From Vicugna vicugna (taxonomy: Eukaryota): a stretch of 64,000 nucleotides of DNA. The notes below the pieces were generated by a model, which had not been told where the DNA came from, made no database searches, and was given only the letters and a program-made list of their open reading frames with translations. This document shows, piece after piece, positions 59,701-64,000 of the stretch. Each line of letters starts with the position of its first letter. Positions within the stretch are counted from its first letter, which is position 1. The stretch spans positions 247,059-311,058 of the forward strand of contig MU058658.1 of NCBI GenBank assembly GCA_013265495.1, given 5' to 3'. Made by a program: the position numbers and the translations under genes.

Positions 59701-62266
59701 ATAAAATGGAATACTGCTCAGCCACAAAAATAATACTCATTCTAAAAGGAAAATGCCATACAATATGAATTATATGCGGAAACTAAAAACACAGAACACA
59801 AATTAACTTATTTATATAACGGAAATAGACACAGGAACACAAACTTATGGAGAACGGGGTGGGAAGGGATAACTTCGGAGGTCCACATTTGCAGAAAATA
59901 AATATTTGATCTACATTTAGATAAGATTTATTTACTTACAACAGATATTGCGGATTGAGCTCAGGACCTCATGCATGCTAAGCATGCACTCTACCACTGA
60001 GCTATATTGTCCCTGTTTAGATATTAATATATACAAAATAAATGAAGAACAAGTTAATGCTGTAATTACAGATTAATATTTCATATCTTCTAGTAACCTA
60101 CAATGAAAACGCATATGAAAATTAATATACATATGTTGATTTTATAATTGAAACACTATAACAAACATGTCTCTGTGACTGGAACATAATGAATATATAT
60201 ATGTGAATACTGTGCTGTGCACGAAAAGTTGACATACTGGAACTCACTAAACTTTGTCCACAAATACACTTACCATATAATGCAACACTCCACTCTCCCT
60301 GGGCATATATCCGGAGGGAACCTTAATTCAAAAAGATACATGCACCCCAATGTCCACAGCAGCACTATTTACAACAGCCAAGACATGGAAACAACCTAAA
60401 TGTCCATCCACAGATGACTGGATAAAGAAGCTGTGGTGTATTTATACAATGGAATACTACTCAGCCGTACAAAAAGAATAAAATAGTGCCATTTGCAGCA
60501 ACGTGGACAGACCTGCAGACTGTCATTCCAAGCAAGCCAGAAAGAAACAAAAATACCATATGTTATCACTCATAAGTGAAATCTAAAAAAAGAAAAGAAA
60601 AAAAAAGATGAACTTATTTATGACACAGAGTAACAAACTTACGGTTACAGGTGGGTGGGGTGGAAAAATGGAAATCTGCAGATACTGATATAGGTAAAAA
60701 ATAAACAAGTTCAAACTGTATGGCACAGGGAACTATATTCAGTATCTTGTAGTAGCCTATGGTGAAAAAGAATATGGAAGTGAATACATGGACGTTCACG
60801 TATGACTGAAGCGTTCTGCCGTACGCCAGAAATTTAACCCAACGTTGTAAACTGACCGTACTTCAATCTTTTTTTAAAAGTTACTGTTTTATACGCTATT
60901 CCAGCTTACACAACCCATCCATTAAATTCTAACTTGAAATGGTTGTAACATTATATAAGAGAATTCAAGAACGTGTACTTTTTATACTGATCCAAAATTT
61001 TGATATTAAAATATTTCCATAAGCATTTAGAGAGATTGCTTCTAGTTTCCTCCTGGGTAGAGAACTGAACCACCGTTTACCGACCACACACTGAAAATGA
61101 ATCTCTGATAAAAGGGTTGTTGCTAGCGTCACAGCAAAAGTGCTCGGCCTTCAGCAGTTTGGACCTCATTTCTGACTGCCTCAACTTAACAGAAACGAAA
61201 CAAGCTATACGACCCGACCTCTACTCAACCATACCTAAACATGACAATAACCTTCTTGCGTTCTAGACATCCTGTTAGGATTCTGAAGCATTGTGACTTT
61301 TCATTCTTACAATGATTCGTTTCTACCCTTTAAAACAAGTATTTACTAAAACAGTTTAATTATCTTCTCTTCCAAAATCACCAGAGAAAGACGACTGATC
61401 AGTCAAATAAAAATTTCTGGAAGAGTACAACCTCTTAGAAAAAATTCCTTTAAATACAATTACGTAAAAATTATTTTAAGTAAGTAAATACAATGGGCAT
61501 TTTAACATGCTCCACGAGTATGTGCTTCGTATACAACCCAGGGAACACGGCAGGTATGACCACAGTAGCAATGTTTATATCTGCAGAACACACAGACAGA
61601 CAAAAAGAAAAACCACGAACCCATAAACAAAGAAAAGCTCTCAACAGGAGAGAGTTTATAAAGACATTTTACTCATATGTTCATACTAGGGACTACCGCA
61701 CAAAAAGGAAAATGGACAGTCATGAAATATGCGGATGAAAGTCACACAAAAGCGTGCAAATGAAGAAGACATCATACAGTAATAGCGACTGCGTTCATGG
61801 AAATGGTTTAAAACAACTGAGCAAAACTGAACGACATTCGTCGGACTGGGTTTTCCACATGGATGGCAAAACCATGAAAAAAGCAAGGAAATTCTTCTAA
61901 CAACAGACAATCCGTTAACTCTGGCGATGGGGCTAACTTTTTTGGAAAGACCGCACAGGCGGCTTCTGGGGGTCCTATTTCTATCACATTTCTTGACCCG
62001 GGCGGTGATACAGACTAATTGTTCAACTGCACCTGGAAACTCTGCGCTTTTTTTTTTTTCTTTCTCTGTCTGTTTGTTTCAGGCACGTCATATCTCAAAA
62101 CTTAGAAAAACAAGGTTTCGGGGGGATAACTATATAAAGACAAATAAAGGACCCTCGTAAGGGCACACTGGTAAGAACACAACTACTGCAGGAGGAGAGT
62201 CGGCTGACGGCCGGGAGGGGACGCGGCGTTTCCCTGAATCGGACTCACCTGTGCGGCAGCCGCCAC
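56740..62266 (-). pseudogene. Heavily decayed KRAB-ZNF with ZNF772-type exon layout
   Basis: Exon 1 GTG-AAAAQ|gtgagt 62266-62249. 39-nt exon 58694-58656 (FPHSEETLMTPAL). Broken KRAB-A from 58000 (GPPTFEDVPGYF...). KRAB-B-like relic ~57587-57475. Last exon from 57156 (GCWQ...), with the finger array essentially gone. Confidence 0.75.
59220..60880 (+). mobile_element. Two L1 3' fragments with an embedded SINE
   Basis: AAAAGATACATGCACCCC and AATGGAATACTACTCAGCC motifs each occur twice; SINE at ~59945-60012. Confidence 0.85.
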
Positions 62267-62760
62267 CGGCGTCTGTGGGCGAAGGTGGGGTCCGGCCCCG
62301 CGACAGCTGACGGCCGGCTGACGGCCACGCCGAGCCTCAGACCCGCCTCAGAGCAGCGGGCGCGGCGGCGCCTCCGCCGCTCCCTTGCCGCACGCGGCCC
62401 GGCGTCTTCCCGAAGCCCCCGACCAGCGGACAGCTCCGAGTTTCCACAGCTGCTCGTCCCGAGAAGGCCCGCCCACCGTCCACGCCGGAAGGCCCGCCCA
62501 GACGCCCTCCCCTCGCACGGAAGTGCCTCTCTCCTGAGCCGTCACGGGCCCCGCGCGCCGCACAGCCTTCCGCGTAATGGGGTTCACGGCGCTCCCGGCC
62601 CCTCCTCCCGGAATGGGCCGGCCGCACCGGGACCATGGGAAGAGTGTTCCCAGGCTCAGGGGAATCGGTGTGGCTTCGCGCTTTCTCCAGGGGACGGACC
62701 CAGACTCCCGTGGGAAGTCGTCTGCGCTCATCTCCTCACAGAGACGGACAGAGACGGAGT
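62190..62760 (-). promoter_or_regulatory. CpG island promoter of the last pseudogene
   Basis: CpG-dense with CGGAAG/CTTCCG ETS sites; contains the exon-1 relic. Confidence 0.7.
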
Positions 62761-63107
62761 ACTTCCCATCTTCCCGAAACCAGCAAGACCGTAAATGGAC
62801 ACGCGGTATCACACTGTCGCTCAGACACAAAGTGCATCCAACCACAGCTAGCGTCGAACAGACCTTGTCTCGTTGCTCTTCAAACACTCGTAGGCTGCAG
62901 CTTTAGACTCAATCTATGGGTTTCACCGTGTTAGGGTCAAAAGAGCAAAGACTACAGACAGGACCGCGGCGGGCAAGACAGAGGAGGGACGTGGGGCGGC
63001 CAGAAGCAGGCGGATCATGCGCTGTGTCTCCGGTTCCCTCAGAAAAAATGGAGAGCAAGTGACTGTCCCATTCAGGGACTGACATGTATTTCTTACTCCG
63101 CGTTTCT

Positions 63108-63990
63108 TTTTCACTGAAGTACAGTCAGTTTCAATATGTCAGTTTCTGGTGTACAGCACAATGGCCCAGTCGTGCGTATGCACGCATATATTCGTTTTCA
63201 TACGCTTTTTCATCAAAGGTTTTTATGAAATACTGAATATACTTCCCTGTGCTATACAGAAAAAAAATCGGCTTCTTTTAAAATCTATTCTTATATACGG
63301 TGGCTAACATTTGCAGCTCTCAAACACCCAATAATGACATCTAGAGGAAGATGGATGGACCTAGAGATCGTCATTCTAAGTGGAATAAGCCGGAAAGTGG
63401 AACTGCTGGATCGTGTGGTAGTTGCTTTTTTTTTTTTTTAACCTGAGGCTTTCCTTTTTTTTGGTATATAAATACATGTATCTCTTTTCGTATTCTTTTT
63501 CACTTACGGTTATTACAAGATGTTGACTATAACTCCCCGTGCTATACAGAAAACCTCTTTTTTAAAATCTGTTTTTGTATATAGAGGCTAACATTTGCAA
63601 ACCTCAGACTCCCAAATTCATCCCTTCCCATCCCCTTTCACCCGATAACCATACGATAGGGTTACTGTTTCTGTTTTGCAGATGAGTTCATGAGTGTCCG
63701 CTTTCTTAAATCTTTTCTTAAATTTCAATTACGAGTGATAGCACATGGCATTTTTTTTCTCTCTCTTTCTGACGATCTCTAGGTCCATCCATGTTGTTAC
63801 AAATGGCATTATTTTATTTTTTTATGGCTGAGTTTTACTCCACATTTTGAAAGGGATTCAGTTTTGCTGCTGTTTTAAGGGGGAGCGGGAGGGATGTCAT
63901 AAGGCTTACTTTGTTTTTAACAGAGGTACTGGGAATTGAACCCACGACCTCGTGCATGCTAATCACGCACTCTAACACGCATCCTCCCCC
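63108..63990 (-). mobile_element. L1 3' UTR fragments and terminal SINE
   Basis: Same L1 3' UTR family as 1198-1700; SINE core at ~63905-63990. Confidence 0.8.
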
Positions 63991-64000
63991 TTCCTTTTCT

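Overview
Mammalian genomic DNA, probably camelid judging by the dominant short tRNA-derived SINE. It is a KRAB zinc-finger cluster resembling the human 19q13.43 ZNF304-ZNF548-ZNF17/749-ZNF772 region; gene assignments come from recalled protein sequences, not a database search. One gene is clearly intact: ZNF304 (3 coding exons, 15157-21028, 656 aa, 13 canonical C2H2 fingers). Four more KRAB-ZNF loci are damaged: a ZNF304 paralogue (3.7-8.4 kb, intact KRAB-A, destroyed fingers), a ZNF548-like gene (minus, 35.1-41.3 kb), a ZNF17/ZNF749-like pseudogene (plus, 41.8-50.8 kb) and a ZNF772-type relic (minus, 56.7-62.3 kb). The rest is L1, SINE, LTR/ERV and L2 sequence plus five CpG islands. The most unusual structures are: a mirror-symmetric bidirectional promoter flanked by a perfect 225-bp inverted repeat; a possible KRAB-only gene; a 344-bp L1 with its 5' end joined to its 3' end (probably spliced); and a 122-bp piece of an ERV leader copied into a neighbouring L1. 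None of these is shown to be a new system from sequence alone.
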